DNA of 51,530 bases, counting the filler, from Streblomastix strix (Eukaryota), in assembly GCA_008636045.1 (NCBI GenBank). It is 2 parts of 2 records of this genome, joined end to end, with 100 filler letters (N's around TTAATTAATTAA, not from the genome) between each part and the next. Parts side by side here need not be neighbours in the genome. Positions count along the whole stretch, not along the records: positions 1 to 25,718 come from SNRW01000193.1; 1 more part is not named here. One strand, written 5' to 3'. The notes under the pieces are model-generated. The model ran no database searches and was not told the origin of the DNA. It saw only the letters and a list, made by a program, of their open reading frames with translations. This document shows positions 1 to 12,299 of this stretch, one piece after another. The position numbers and the translations under genes are program-made. Numbering within the stretch: position 1 is the stretch's first letter; each line of letters starts with the position of its first letter.

Positions 1-348
1 TTTGTGGAGTCGGTCTATGCACAGCAGGCAGAAGTCGGGCACTTTTCGGCTGTTCATTACAATAAACTCACAGATAAGCTTCTTCACGTCTAATGATGGT
101 GTCATAATTGATTTTACTACTTGTGGGAAGACAGCAGAAACGTCGAAGCCTTTGGCACTGAATGCGCAAAGTCTTTTCATCGCTTCCAGGCTCTTAGCAG
201 GATCTAAAGAGTCAAGAAGATATTTTATTTCGCTTATCTGCATTAATAAAAACAACATCAAAATATATATAATCAACGTTCGTTAAGAAAAATATTAAAC
301 CTTGTTTGCACTGAAGTCTGAATAGTACGGGTTGTCCAATCCTGACAT
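1..348 (-). CDS. AP3B: AP-3 adaptor complex beta subunit, 5' part (runs off the window start)
   Basis: ATG at 348. Exon 1 (348-301) reads MSGLDNPYYSDFSANK, followed by a GT-AG intron at 300-238. Exon 2 reads ISEIKYLLDSLDPAKSLEAMKRLCAFSAKGFDVSAVFPQVVKSIMTPSLDVKKLICEFIVMNSRKVPDFCLLCIDRLHK, which follows the beta-3 adaptin N-terminal pattern (KLDAMKRI...G.N.S.LFP.VVK.V...IEIKKL). Confidence 0.85.
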
Positions 349-1094
349 AAAGTTTGAATTAAATAATTACAATAGATAAAATAAAACATATAAATAAAAA
401 TAATATGTATTCAATATAAATCATATATTTGCGAAGATTTTAGATGATTTTAATAAAAAATTATTGTTGTGATAATTATATGTTCTATAATGAATATTCA
501 GATGTATAATAGAGCTTAGAAAATTATGTATTAGTCTTTGTTACAAATATTTTATTTGTATTAATATTCGATCATAAATTAGCGAATTACGCGGAGTTTT
601 ATTTTCTTTGCTGGACCTCCACGCAAAGAAATTTAAAACTATATTGAACATAATATATTTATTATGATTATAATTTCCATAAAAAGTAATATAGTAATAA
701 CTCACAGAAGTAACTTTTGAGAGAAAAAAATCTAATTGTAATCAAATTGACCTTAAAATGTATTCTTAATTTGTTTTTGCATATTAAATATCAAAAATTA
801 TTTCAATTTAAATAAGTAAAAATAAACATATTTATTCACTCATTATTTATTTATACATTATTTGTGAATATGCAAGCAAAAATAACCTCATAATAGTCAC
901 CTAGGTAGACTTATTGATAATCATAATCTTTATTCATTCAATTCGTCGATCCATCCGTTCATCATCTCATATTACAGTGGAATTGCATCCTAATACGCAT
1001 TAACTTTAATCAAATTTGTATTAACAACAAAAGAATTTATTTCTTCGCTTCCTCCTTCTGACTCTATTTGCTCTTCGATATTTTTAATAAGCAA
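285..1094. repeat. Left arm of a ~810-bp diverged inverted duplication (partner at 11170-11978)
   Basis: Its reverse complement aligns co-linearly with 11170-11978. For example, 301-348 matches ATGTCTGGATTGGACAACCCGTACTACTCGGACTTCAGCGCAAACAAG at 11915-11962. Scattered substitutions and indels occur throughout. Confidence 0.95.
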
Positions 1095-2351
1095 CTGTTA
1101 TTAAGAGTATTATTAAAATTCATTTCTAAATATATAAAGTAATTAATAAAAATTTTATAAATTCATTAATATCTCTTCATTCAGTTCTTCATTTCCTCCA
1201 GCTAAGCTCAACCCTTCAATAAATGCACTAATCATATTCCATTTTTGGATTATAACTATGCGAACGTTATCATTACAACAGTTTGTCATTGCATTAATAC
1301 ATTCATTGCTTATATGTCTTATTCTTGATGATTCTTAATCAATAAGCACATTTCCCGAGTGGTACTTTCTATTATATTTAATAAGTTGGACAAGAGCTTA
1401 TCCTAATTCTGGTGTGTATGCTGCTTATTAACAAATAATATGATTATCTCTTTGAATACTATTAAACAGAGACAAAGCATCATTAATAAGACGAATTTGT
1501 TGAATATTCACTGTTTGTTGATGATGTTAGGCATACAATATAATAATTGGAAAAATATGGTCCAATATAGAGTGGCTCTCAACAAGGTATTATCTTATAT
1601 TATTACTATAACCTGCAAGTTCTCCAAATACTTGAAACACTAATTACTACAATTCTTTTAATAGTTCAGATTATGGTATTGCAATTGATTCAAAACAGCC
1701 TAGTTCTGGGGGACAATTTATATGAACAAGTGGGAATAATACTCCATGAATCTTGACAATTTCAACCAAACATTTAATATATTTTTTCTATTATGATAAT
1801 TTCTGTATAGCTTTGAGAGTAATTATTATATCTTTCATTTCATTTTCTAAAATTTTGGCAAATTTCTCAAGTTTTTTAGGTTTGATTTTCTGGTTTTCTT
1901 TAATGATTTTGATGAAATTGGTGATGTGATATGTAAATACATTCAGATAATCAATTAATGCATGCTAATTAATATAATGTAAACCGATAAAAATATATGC
2001 TTATGTTAGGTGGATAATTAATTCAGAATATTTGATACATCCTTTAATAGCTTGTTTTTCTTTTATCATTTATGTTTTGAATATCTATTCAATTGAATCT
2101 ACTAATCCAGATATTTTAAAATAAATAAAGAAATTGTTCTGAAAATTTTCTTTGAAAATATCAATTCCACGGATTGTCAATTAGCATACAACTTAAATCA
2201 AATCATTCTGAAGCTATGGTGATCCATAAATAAGTAATTACTGAATCTCAACGAGTATTTCTTTGTTAATGATCGTTTTAATGATCTCTTCATCAAGCTT
2301 ATCTATTAACTCATGCAATTGTTTCACTTTTTCAATCTAACAACTTTCCAT
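921..2351 (-). CDS. Intronless hypothetical protein (~476 aa), ARM/HEAT-like helical repeat
   Basis: ATG at 2351 and TGA at 923-921 are in frame (1431 nt) when TAA/TAG = Gln. Starts MESCQIEKVKQLHELIDKL and ends IEEQIESEGGSEEINSFVVN...DELNEQRL*. Leu/Ile-rich amphipathic pattern; the fold assignment is inference. Confidence 0.65.
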
Positions 2352-2889
2352 TAAAGAATGATTTGTAGGAAGTTATGTTCTAATTAAATGAAAAAATAAA
2401 AAATTACGAACAAAACGAATAAAATTAGCAAATAAGGAGTAAACAAGTAAATTATTGATTAAATTGTTATAAATTATATTGAAATTTATGAAAAATTTAC
2501 TTAATACTGAAAAATTTGTTTTATTTGGTAAAATTATATAAGTTTTATTTAAATATCATCTGTTTCTGTAAAAGGAGTATTGATTATTAACTAACTCTTT
2601 GAATTATGATTAAAATGTCTATATATTTAAAATTTTAAACGGAAAATTGATAATTACTAAATGCTAGAATTTTTTTGTAAGGGATTTAACAGTTTCTTTT
2701 TTAAAGTTGAAAAAAGTAATTTAAATAGGTCAATATTTACAATTTAATTCATTGAAAATTAAAATAATTTCATTTAATTACAAATTAAGACATTAAACGT
2801 TATTCGACCGAGAATCAAAAAAAAAGCTTATTTATTCACTATCCAATTTCCAGCAAGTCAAACTTCACCGCACATTAATTGCAAACAAA

Positions 2890-5042
2890 ATGACTATGTA
2901 AATGTAAGCAATTGCAAATCAGAGTGTCAATGAATAACAGAGTCTCGTCCTCGGTGCGCGCTAACCAAAATTCTTTATTTTACTTAATTTTACATATTGC
3001 CTAATTTATTTTTTAGTAAGAAATCTCATTCGAACATCTATATCATCTATTGCGTACATTCGGCACATATTTCCTGAAGATTGTTTCTCGGATCGGCTGC
3101 TGAGCGGTCTTAGCGTAAAAACGCTTTTACCATCTTCGAGCGAGTCTAAGCTTGTGATGTAGTGGCTTGAACAAGGCGTTTTCGATGCTCTTGAAAAGAA
3201 ATATGTATATTTATATAATATTGTTTATAAATTATCAACTTATTTTAACGTTTTAAAATAATTATCTCGCTCTCTTGTTTTCACTGCGGTCAAGTTGAAG
3301 AGCCTTGTATTTGGGATATATTTCGATCCACAAAACGAGTCTACATTGATAGAATGCTATAAATGTATGAGCTTTATTAACCATCTTCCAGTATTTTTTT
3401 TTCGCTAAATTTTCTTTTTTCTTTCTACAGTCTGCATTTCATACAACTAAGACAAACATACCGTTCTGGTTGTCAGAGAAAACGCTAATGCGGCAGATAA
3501 AAGAAATGGGAAATGCACAAAAAGCGTATCTAACCAGATGATGACGAAAGATGGGATAAAACAAGCAACTAATGCAATGATACGCACTTTAATATATTTT
3601 AGGCCAACTTCGCTATTGATGAACAAAAAAATTAGAATGAAGTAGAGGTAGAAAAATAAGAATAATAAGAAAATGAGGATTAAAACATTAATAAAGCTGA
3701 TTAAGCCAAAGAAAAAATGAAAAAAATTGAAGAAGAACCAAAGAAGAGTAAAAATAAGGATAAAACTGAAGAAGCAATGAAAGCTTAGAAGAGAAAAAGA
3801 TTTGATGAAGAATAAGAAGATTTAAATTAGAATGTTACATTAAATAAGAAGAATGAAAAATTAATTGAAAAAGATGAATTAAAGAATATAAATATTTCTG
3901 AAAATAATAAAGAATTTGATAAGAAGAATTCAGAATTAATCAGCAAAATTGAAATTAAATAAGAAACTTCGGAAAACAATAAAGGAAAGAAAAGAAAAAG
4001 ATTTGATGAAGAATAAGAATAAGAATAAGAATTTTAACAAAAAGAGAAGATATTAGAATAAAAGCAAACAACACCACAGAAATAAATAACTCCTTAAAAT
4101 TAAGTTCCTCATATTGTTCTTCCAGCTCCTTGTAACCACAATTCACAGTTGAAATCTGATCAAATTGAAAATATTCAGAATTCGCCAATCAGTTCTCCAA
4201 ATCTATTAGAAATATCCAATTAACAGTTTGCATTTGTTGAAGCAGATAGGAAAGAAGAAAAGATTGAAAATAGTGAAAAGAATGGATCAAATTCTAAGAA
4301 ACAGAATGAGAAAACAAATTCGATATAAAAAGAATTAGAAAAGGAAGATTCCAATAAACAACACTAATAATAATAATAACAACCAATTCTTAAAGCATCA
4401 TAAAATGCACCAATCGTTGCAGACATTGAAGATCTTGAATCGACATAGAAAGATACAGAAACAGAATCAGATAGTCTCGTTGATCCATCAGAATGCATAT
4501 CACATACAGATCATAGTGGAAGTAGAAGTGGATTAGAAGTTCCATCGACACAGTCGATTATGCAGATGTCTTTATCATCACAACTGAATGCTGCTTCTCC
4601 AGGATGTATAGTAACACAGACTGAGATGCATGGAATATATCATCATAATTCATAATCATAATAATCATCTTCTTCTTCTTCATATATGAATACAGAATAG
4701 ATTGCAGCTGCAATATAAGCAGATACTTGTGATATCCAATAACAATAACAAACAGAATCACAATCAGAATAACAACAACAAACGTTTCGTGAAGGAAATG
4801 TTATAAAATGCAGTGTTATTTGTGATCCAGTTCTGTAATGTGGATAATTACAACAATAACTAATTCAATAATGTCTCTAACATCCAATAAGATCTTCATT
4901 ACCAATAGTTTCATATTCATTTTCAAGTGGACAGTCATCAGCGACAGCTGCTGCACTTGCTGCTCTTGCACCACAGAAGCGGAATAGTAATAGTAATGCT
5001 CGGACTGGATATGGCCGTTTTATGCGAATGAGTGAAGAATGA
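2890..5042 (+). CDS. HOP1: Meiotic HORMA-domain protein (HOP1/ASY1/HORMAD family) with an internally truncated HORMA domain; possibly a pseudogene
   Basis: Introns at 2954-3016, 3205-3294 and 3365-3430. Spliced translation: EQQSLVLVRNLIRTSISSIAYIRHIFPEDCFSDR...VMQWLEQGVFDALEKKYLKSLVFGIY...TLIECYKFCISY...TKDGIKQATNAMIRTLI. A long low-complexity final exon (3603-5042) ends in TGA and contains a closure-motif-like KCSVICDPVLQ. Confidence 0.85.
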
Positions 5043-5730
5043 AGTTTAGAGATTTTAAAGTGCATTTCATTTATTTTATTCAATCTTTATTTTTGTTTAC
5101 TTTTTTTTACTTGCAATGGTCTATTTGTTATTTGAAATAGCAGTTGAGAATAATAATATACTAATAATGAATACTGAAATGAACATAGATTCTTTTACTT
5201 TATTACTTTTAATCTTTTCCGAACTCATTTTATTTGAAATTCACAAATCAAATTGTTAGTTATAGCAATCTTCTGAATTAGAATTGCCCTTTTCACTTTA
5301 AAACCGTCTTAATCTAAACCCACCAAATTTTGTTCACCTTAGACCATTAAATCCAACTCTTCTAAAGCCTCCAAATCTTTGGGCCATTTTGCATCTGGAG
5401 GCTTTGCAAACTCAAACATTTATATTATATCCATTATTTCGACTATTCATTGAACCAATATCTACACTTTCTACCGTACAAACTAGATCAAACTATTTCC
5501 AAAGCTCTTCTGAAGAAAATGAAAATGGACAAATTTTCTATAAACAAATAATTGAATGTGTGATATAAAAACACAAAATCCATCAAATTTCAATAAAATA
5601 AATTGTATATTTCTAATAAAAGAATTTATTTTATTAAATATGACTAAAGTTAACATATGTAACATTTGACTATTAAAGATTTAAATTCATAAACAAGATT
5701 ACTCTTAATTAAGCGTTATGAATCAAATAT

Positions 5731-6943
5731 TCACTAAATTGCGCATTTCTTCTCCTCACTCATCTTCCATTCTGTTCCATAGACAAATGCACGGGTCCCT
5801 TTTGCGTGTTTTGCAGTTGGCTCTGAAATTGCTTCGAACTTGAGCACTTCAAACGCTTAATCTTTTTAAAAGAGATAAGCCTATTAAATAAATATAAATA
5901 GAATGATTATGATTTAATATAAAATTATTCTAATGATTAATAATCTATATTTACATTTATATAAATTAATGTTTAATCGCGTACCCAAACTCTGACGGCA
6001 GCGGGGATATTTATTAAAAAGATTGGCTGTTCCACATCATTCACGAAGAATGTCAATGTACGAAGGTTCGAATCCATGTTTAACTGATAATAAAAATAAT
6101 AAAATAAAATTAATTCTTATTTTCATTCATTCTCAAATATATTAATAATAAATAAATCCATCTCAATTCATACAAACCTCCAATGCAACACGGTCACCAG
6201 TATGAAACTCTGCATTTCCTTGAATTGAATCACCAATATGACTAATATTACCCCTAAACAATTAAAAATAAAAAATAAAAAGTATTTTAGACAAATTTAT
6301 AAATATAAGATTAATAAACACACATCCAATTATATCTAACAATCTTGCCCCCGCCTAATAAAGCTATTATAAATGAATAAAAAGATAATAAATAGTATTT
6401 TATATCTTTTTATCATATAATAAATGATATACCATTTGCATAAGGTTCTTCATTTCGTCCATATCGAACAGATTCTTCAGCGGTTCCTAATTCTGTTTAT
6501 TGGACAAATAAATATAAATATTATAGAGAATGAATTTATATGAAAATCAAAACTTAAGTTGAAATTATTTATTCAAATTTTCAATAAATTAAATAGGAAA
6601 TTACCCATTAAGTTATGTAAGCTCTGAACTTCAAATTTCACAATTCCTTTCTTAATTACAGGATCAAAAAGAATTGTTGATTGACCATTAGTCATAGTAT
6701 ATGTTTCTTCATCCACTTTAGTATCTTCAAGACTTGGCACTTATGCAGTATGTGGAATTGAATCTGACGATAAAATGTTAAAAAAAGAAATAAATTTAAA
6801 GAAATTAAGGATTTGGAATAAAATTTGATTACTATTTCTTAGTAATATTAATATATGATTTATAATTTTCCACCTCTAAAATCTTATACGGCACTTGATT
6901 TTTGTTATGGCTCTTGTTATTTTTTATTCGAATAAGAATGCAT
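5731..6943 (-). CDS. SPRY/B30.2-like domain protein, multi-exon, ending in a CaaX-like motif (CAIQ*)
   Basis: Exons translate as STILFDPVIKKGIVKFEV / IGTAEESVRYGRNEEPYANG / GNISHIGDSIQGNAEFHTGDRVALE / LNMDSNLRTLTFFVNDVEQPIFLINIPAAVRVW / AYLFQKDQAFEVLKFE...EEKKCAIQ*. TGA at 5733-5731; the start codon is uncertain. Confidence 0.7.
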
Positions 6944-9040
6944 TGACGGATCAATGAGATGACTAAAGAATAAAATGAAAATAATAAAAAAATCTTTTAA
7001 TAAATATAGAGAAAGTTTATATTATATTTAGTAAAAGTGATGAGAATAGTACTTATTGCGTAAATTAAAGCAACTACTATACTCGGCTACAAATAAGTAC
7101 GCAATTAATTTAAGATTTAATGGAAAAAATTATTTTAAATTGATAATGAGCTGAAACATTGAATTTAGTGTGGAATTATATATAATTAAATTAGTGTCAT
7201 AAAAAAACATAAAATAATACTGCAAATAAATGAAAAAGAAGATTGTTGGTCGCAGAAATTAGATAATTTAAGAGAATTATCGTTTACGATGCAAAGAATG
7301 CAAATTGTAATAAATAATATTAGAATCCAATTAAAAAATTGCTTGAATAAGAAATACATATATAATGAATGAAATGTATAAACTGCGAGTTAAGATCAAC
7401 GATTACCAAAATATTTTCAGCAATACAAGCACAAATTTTATAAGCAGTACAATTATCTCTTCGTGTTATGAATCCACAATTCATTACCCCGTCTCCAAAG
7501 AAGACTGAGATAATTATTAGTAATCCTCTAATCATTTTATCTTTCCTTTTTACTGAGAAAATTTTGTAGCTCCAATACGATCAGTTCACGTACCAGTATC
7601 CGACCTATTGGGAGACTATTTTCAAAACTAGATAAAGAATCCAGTGAAACCGGAACCGTCAGAGCGGTCACTGTTTATGAACTTCGAATCACCGAAATTT
7701 ACATCAAATGCACCTGCTATAACTATCGAGTAACCGGAGACGAGAACGGGAAGTTCTTGCAAACCGAACACCAACCTACGCTGCAGAAAATTGATCGTTA
7801 ACTCAAGCCAAGGCAAACAATTAACGAGAGGACAAGAACGATAAGGACGAGGGTACTAGTAGCAATCACATGAGTCCGAAAAACGGACTTAAATTTCAGG
7901 GTTATGAACATTCTGGTAGAACAGAATATAAAGGCGCGAAAATGGAAAATTCGATGCTCTAAATTGTTACAAGTAGCAAGTGTGCAGCAACAAGATTAAG
8001 AACATGACACGATACGTAGTTCGTTTCAATAAAATTTTGCTTAGCGAGCAAGCACATTTGTTAAAGGAATTTTAATTCTGAACCAGAAGAATATACGATT
8101 CATTCAACAGCAAGAAAACTAAATATATATCCGGTAACCAACGAACTGAGAACTATCCGACAAGTTCTAAACTTTGTAAAAAAAAGAAGAAAGAATAAAT
8201 ATGTGCTGAATAACGCACACAGCATGGACATACAAAAAAAGTACCTTTAGAAGATAACATCAATCTTTTGATTTAAAAAAACAATTTATTAAGTTACTTG
8301 CTAAGAATTCTGAATTTTATGAAGCAATTGGATAGCTAATGGGTCCATAATCGGTAACTGGCGTCTGAATCCTTGGTTTAAGTGAAGTGCTAGAGCTAAT
8401 GGAAATATGATTAATAAAATCTAGGAAATCAGACATAACAAATTCTCAAATAAATGAACGATAAGAAGATTAATGTTACTACAGAAATGCAATTTGATGA
8501 AATCCTGACTACACAATCTTTGACTATCAAGAACTACTTTGTTTATAATTAGATGGTTAGAGATTAAAATACGGGTCTGGCTTCCGAGTAAGTACAGGTG
8601 AAGCCCAATATATAACGAAGGCAAAGGATATGTTTCAGCAGGAGGCTTAAATGCTTCCGATGAACCCGGTTAGATCACCAATATTTTAGATCAATCAAAA
8701 TAAAAGACTTCCACTGTCCCTAAAAAAAATTAAAATCTCCAAAAAAGTATATAAATAGAAACAAATCATGAAAATTTTAAATGGATGACATCATTAGGAA
8801 AATGTGAAAAAGAACTATTATAAACTATAATATTGCAAAGGTAAATATGTAATTTCAAAGAAATAAATTATAGAATGTAATCGTGGAGGAAATCAAAAAT
8901 GATCTTGACATTGAAAGACAAAAATGAAAATTACTTCCATTAATAATATCAATAATTGGAGATAAAAATAATATAAATTTAATTTCTTAATTAGTTACAA
9001 TAATATAAGATTCTAAAGATGAAAATCATAAATAATATTT

Positions 9041-11119
9041 ATGTTAAGTGATACTAAAATTATATTAAATTTTAAATAAATGGACTAAAAGAAGGATAAT
9101 AACATCCATTACATTAATAATTGTAATCAGATGGAACAATTCCAAAATTAATTCAATTATGCAAAAATGAATAAGATGAATATATTCTTTTATATATTGC
9201 ATAAACAATCACTTATTTATTCAAAGCTCTTCCTCTTCCACCAGATATCAGAAATATTTTAATTTAAAAACTCAAATCACAATATTATTCATATTATTAT
9301 GAACTTTCACTTCTTTCTGAATGTCCTGAAATAGAAATTAATTATTATTAAATATATTTATATCAATTTAAATATTTATTTATATAATTCTCTTTTTTAT
9401 TTCAATATATAATAAATATAAAGACAACCATGTTGCAATTCTTTCTAATTAATTTGAAAAGAAATTCTTCTAAAATGATAAATATACTCTTGAATATCTT
9501 AATATCTCACTTTCCATTCTTAAATGTGGATCAAATATTAATAAATTAAAAGTTTCTTCAGTCATTAAATATGAAGTTGAATAATTAACAAATGATGAAT
9601 ATGTTAATAGATTGGGAAATGAATAATGGCCTAGATGGAATTCTGATAAAAAACAATAAATTAAATCCAAATCTAAAAAAAATAGTTGTATTGAATAATA
9701 ATATTTATGATGAGGAAATGAAAGAATAAAATTACGATTAATCAGAGTCATGTATATTATGTGCTTATTGTTTGTAAATTTTCCCAGTTTCTTTATACAA
9801 TTAACATATTATGATTCATGAGAAAGAGAGAGAAAATAACACATTACCAAAATAATAGAAAAATAAAGAATAAGAAAAAGAGATTTAAAAATCATAAACT
9901 GAATTAGATAAATAGAAATCAAAAATAAACGAATCTTAAGAATTAGGTTTATTATTTGAAATTATATATTTAAATAATATTAAATAACGATTTATTAATA
10001 AATGTTAATTAATCATATTTTATCCTTATTTCATTCTTTATTTTCTTTATTCAATATATTTCAGTTCCTCCTTCTATAAATCCGAATATGCTTATAGGAA
10101 TAATATCTGATAAAGAACATGTATATTAAGAAGGATGCAAAATAATACACACAGATAAATTTGAATTATCAACAGTAGCATTTGATCCTATCATATCAAG
10201 TGGAATTGTTAGATTTGAAGGATTTTTTAAAGATCATCCAAAATGGTTCTGTATGTTAATATGAATAATAGAGAATAGAATAATATTATTTTATTTTGAT
10301 TAATTTTCATTATCTTTTATTTTCATGAACTTCATTCTCTTAATATATTATTTATTCATATTTCTGATTAAGCATTGGAATTACCGATTCTTCTGCTGTC
10401 TTTGGTTCAAAAGAATGGCCTTTTTTAGTTGGAAGTATGAATAAAATATTTTTAATATAATGAAGAAAATTTTGAATATAAATTATTATTATTATTATTT
10501 ATTATTAATTTATTTCATTTATTATTAATATTTGATAGATAAAAATAAGACTGTCTGCTATTATAAAGAGTATGATTTATATATTTAAATATAAAAATAT
10601 TATTTACTAATAAAAATAAATTTCTTAATAATTTTAATTAATTCCTCTCTTTCCTTCTCTCTAATTCTTATTCAGCGGTGAAATTTCTCATATTGGAGAT
10701 TATATTAAAGGAAATAGTCGAATTGAAGAAAATATATCTGTTGCAATGGAAGTTAATATGAAAACTAGACCACGTACATTAACATTCCTTTATGATAACT
10801 AAGAATAACCAGTTTCTGTAACAAATATTCCTTCTTCGATTAGATTCTACGTTCGCATGCCATTAATTTATTTCTATATTATATGTTTCAATATCAAAAT
10901 ATTCGTATTATTTTGTTTCATTAATTCATTCTTTCTATTCCTATTCATATATTTATGATCATATAGATTTTCCTTAAGGATGCAAATTCCTCATTTACTG
11001 CAACAAGATTCTAGAATATTTAATATTCATCAGCAAAAGGAATTAAAAATTCAAGAATATTTGAATGGAAAGAAAAAGAAAATGATAATGATGAATTTGA
11101 ATTTTAAGATGATTATTGA
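9041..11119 (+). pseudogene. Helical N-terminus + coiled coil + SPRY/B30.2-like domain gene, probably damaged (paralog family of the 5731-6943 gene)
   Basis: 3' exons read STVAFDPIISSGIVRFEGFF / IGITDSSAVFGS / GEISHIGDYIKGNSRIEENISVAMEVNMKTRPRTLTFLYDNQEQPVSVTNIPSSIRFY / IFLKDANSSFTATRF...DDY* (TGA 11117-11119). The 5' part lacks a clean GT donor near 9330 and has an apparent frame break near 9680-9710. The 5' boundary is approximate. Confidence 0.6.
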
Positions 11120-11169
11120 AAGAAAAAGAAGAATAATAAAATATATATTAATAATACTCATAATAAATA

Positions 11170-11978
11170 TTGCTTTTAAAAGATGTTGAACAGCAAATAG
11201 AATCAGAAGGAGGAAATGTAGAAATAGTTTCTTTTGTTGTTTATATAAATTTGATTAAAGTTAATGCGTATAAGGACGCAATTTCACTGTAATATAGGAT
11301 AATGAATAAATGGATTGATGAATCGAATTACTGATGATTATGATTATCACAAAGTCTACGTAGGTGACTATTACGAGGTTATTTTTGCTTGCATATTTAC
11401 AAATAATGTATAAATAAATAATGAGTGAATAAATATATTTATTTTTACTTATTTAAATTGAAACAATTTTTGATATTTAATAAGCAAAAACAAATTAAGA
11501 ATATATTTTGAGGTCATTTAAATATCAATTAGATTTTTTTCATCGGAAACAACTTCTGCAAGTTAATTCTATACTATTTTCTATGGAAATTGTGATCATA
11601 ATTAATATAATATGTTCAAATTAGTTTTAAATTTCAGCGCGTTGAGATCCAGTAATGAAAATAAAACTCAGCATAATTCGCCAATTTAAGATTAAATATT
11701 AATATAAATATAATATTTGTCTTAAAGACAAATATATAATTTTCTAAGCTCTATTATACATCTGAATACTCATTATGGAACATTTAATTATCACAACAAT
11801 AATTTATTATTAAAATCACATCAAATCTTCGCAAATATATGATTTATATTGAATATATATTATTTTTATTTATATGTTTTATTTTATCTATTATATTTAT
11901 TTAGATCAAACCTTATGTCTGGATTGGACAACCCGTACTACTCGGACTTCAGCGCAAACAAGGTTTAATATTTTTCTT
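11170..11978. repeat. Right arm of the inverted duplication (copy of the 3' tip of the 921-2351 ORF, the intergenic region and AP3B exon 1)
   Basis: Reverse-complement homology to 285-1094. Homology ends abruptly 16 nt into the copied intron, after GTTTAATATTTTTCTT. Confidence 0.95.
11915..11978 (+). pseudogene. Truncated duplicate of AP-3 beta exon 1 plus the start of intron 1
   Basis: Encodes the identical peptide MSGLDNPYYSDFSANK followed by the GT donor. Exon 2 was not seen downstream. Confidence 0.85.
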
Positions 11979-12299
11979 TTTGCATTGGCACTTCGTGCTC
12001 TTCATCAGCACTACTTAATGTCTAAACATCAGAGCTCTCCGTTTGCCCCAAAATCCCAAGGGTGGTAACATCTTAATGTGGTGAGACAAAGTAAGAGCTC
12101 ATATCTCTTCCTGAGGGTTGTTTATATTCCTCCAGGTTATAAACTACTTCCTACAGAGATAGTGAGCTCTTCGATTGTTTATTGACTCTCCCAATATTGA
12201 AAGGATGTAACTGTCGGGCTACATTTTCAGCATTCGCAGCATCTTCAGAGCCTTTTAGTCATCCACTACTTGAGTTGGAATCCTGGAATATTATAAAAA

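Noticed and set aside
2..286. + strand 94-aa ORF and most other short ORFs in the supplied track
   Set aside because: These are antisense or off-frame shadows of real genes, or standard-code fragments that stop at Gln codons.
5210..5500. Minus-strand coding-like fragment (MFEFAKPPDAKWPKDLEALEELDL...)
   Set aside because: Short, with no recognisable domain or clear gene structure.
285..11978. Inverted arms as TIRs of an 11.7-kb DNA transposon
   Set aside because: The arms consist of host gene and intergenic sequence, one end lies mid-intron, and no transposase or TSD was seen.
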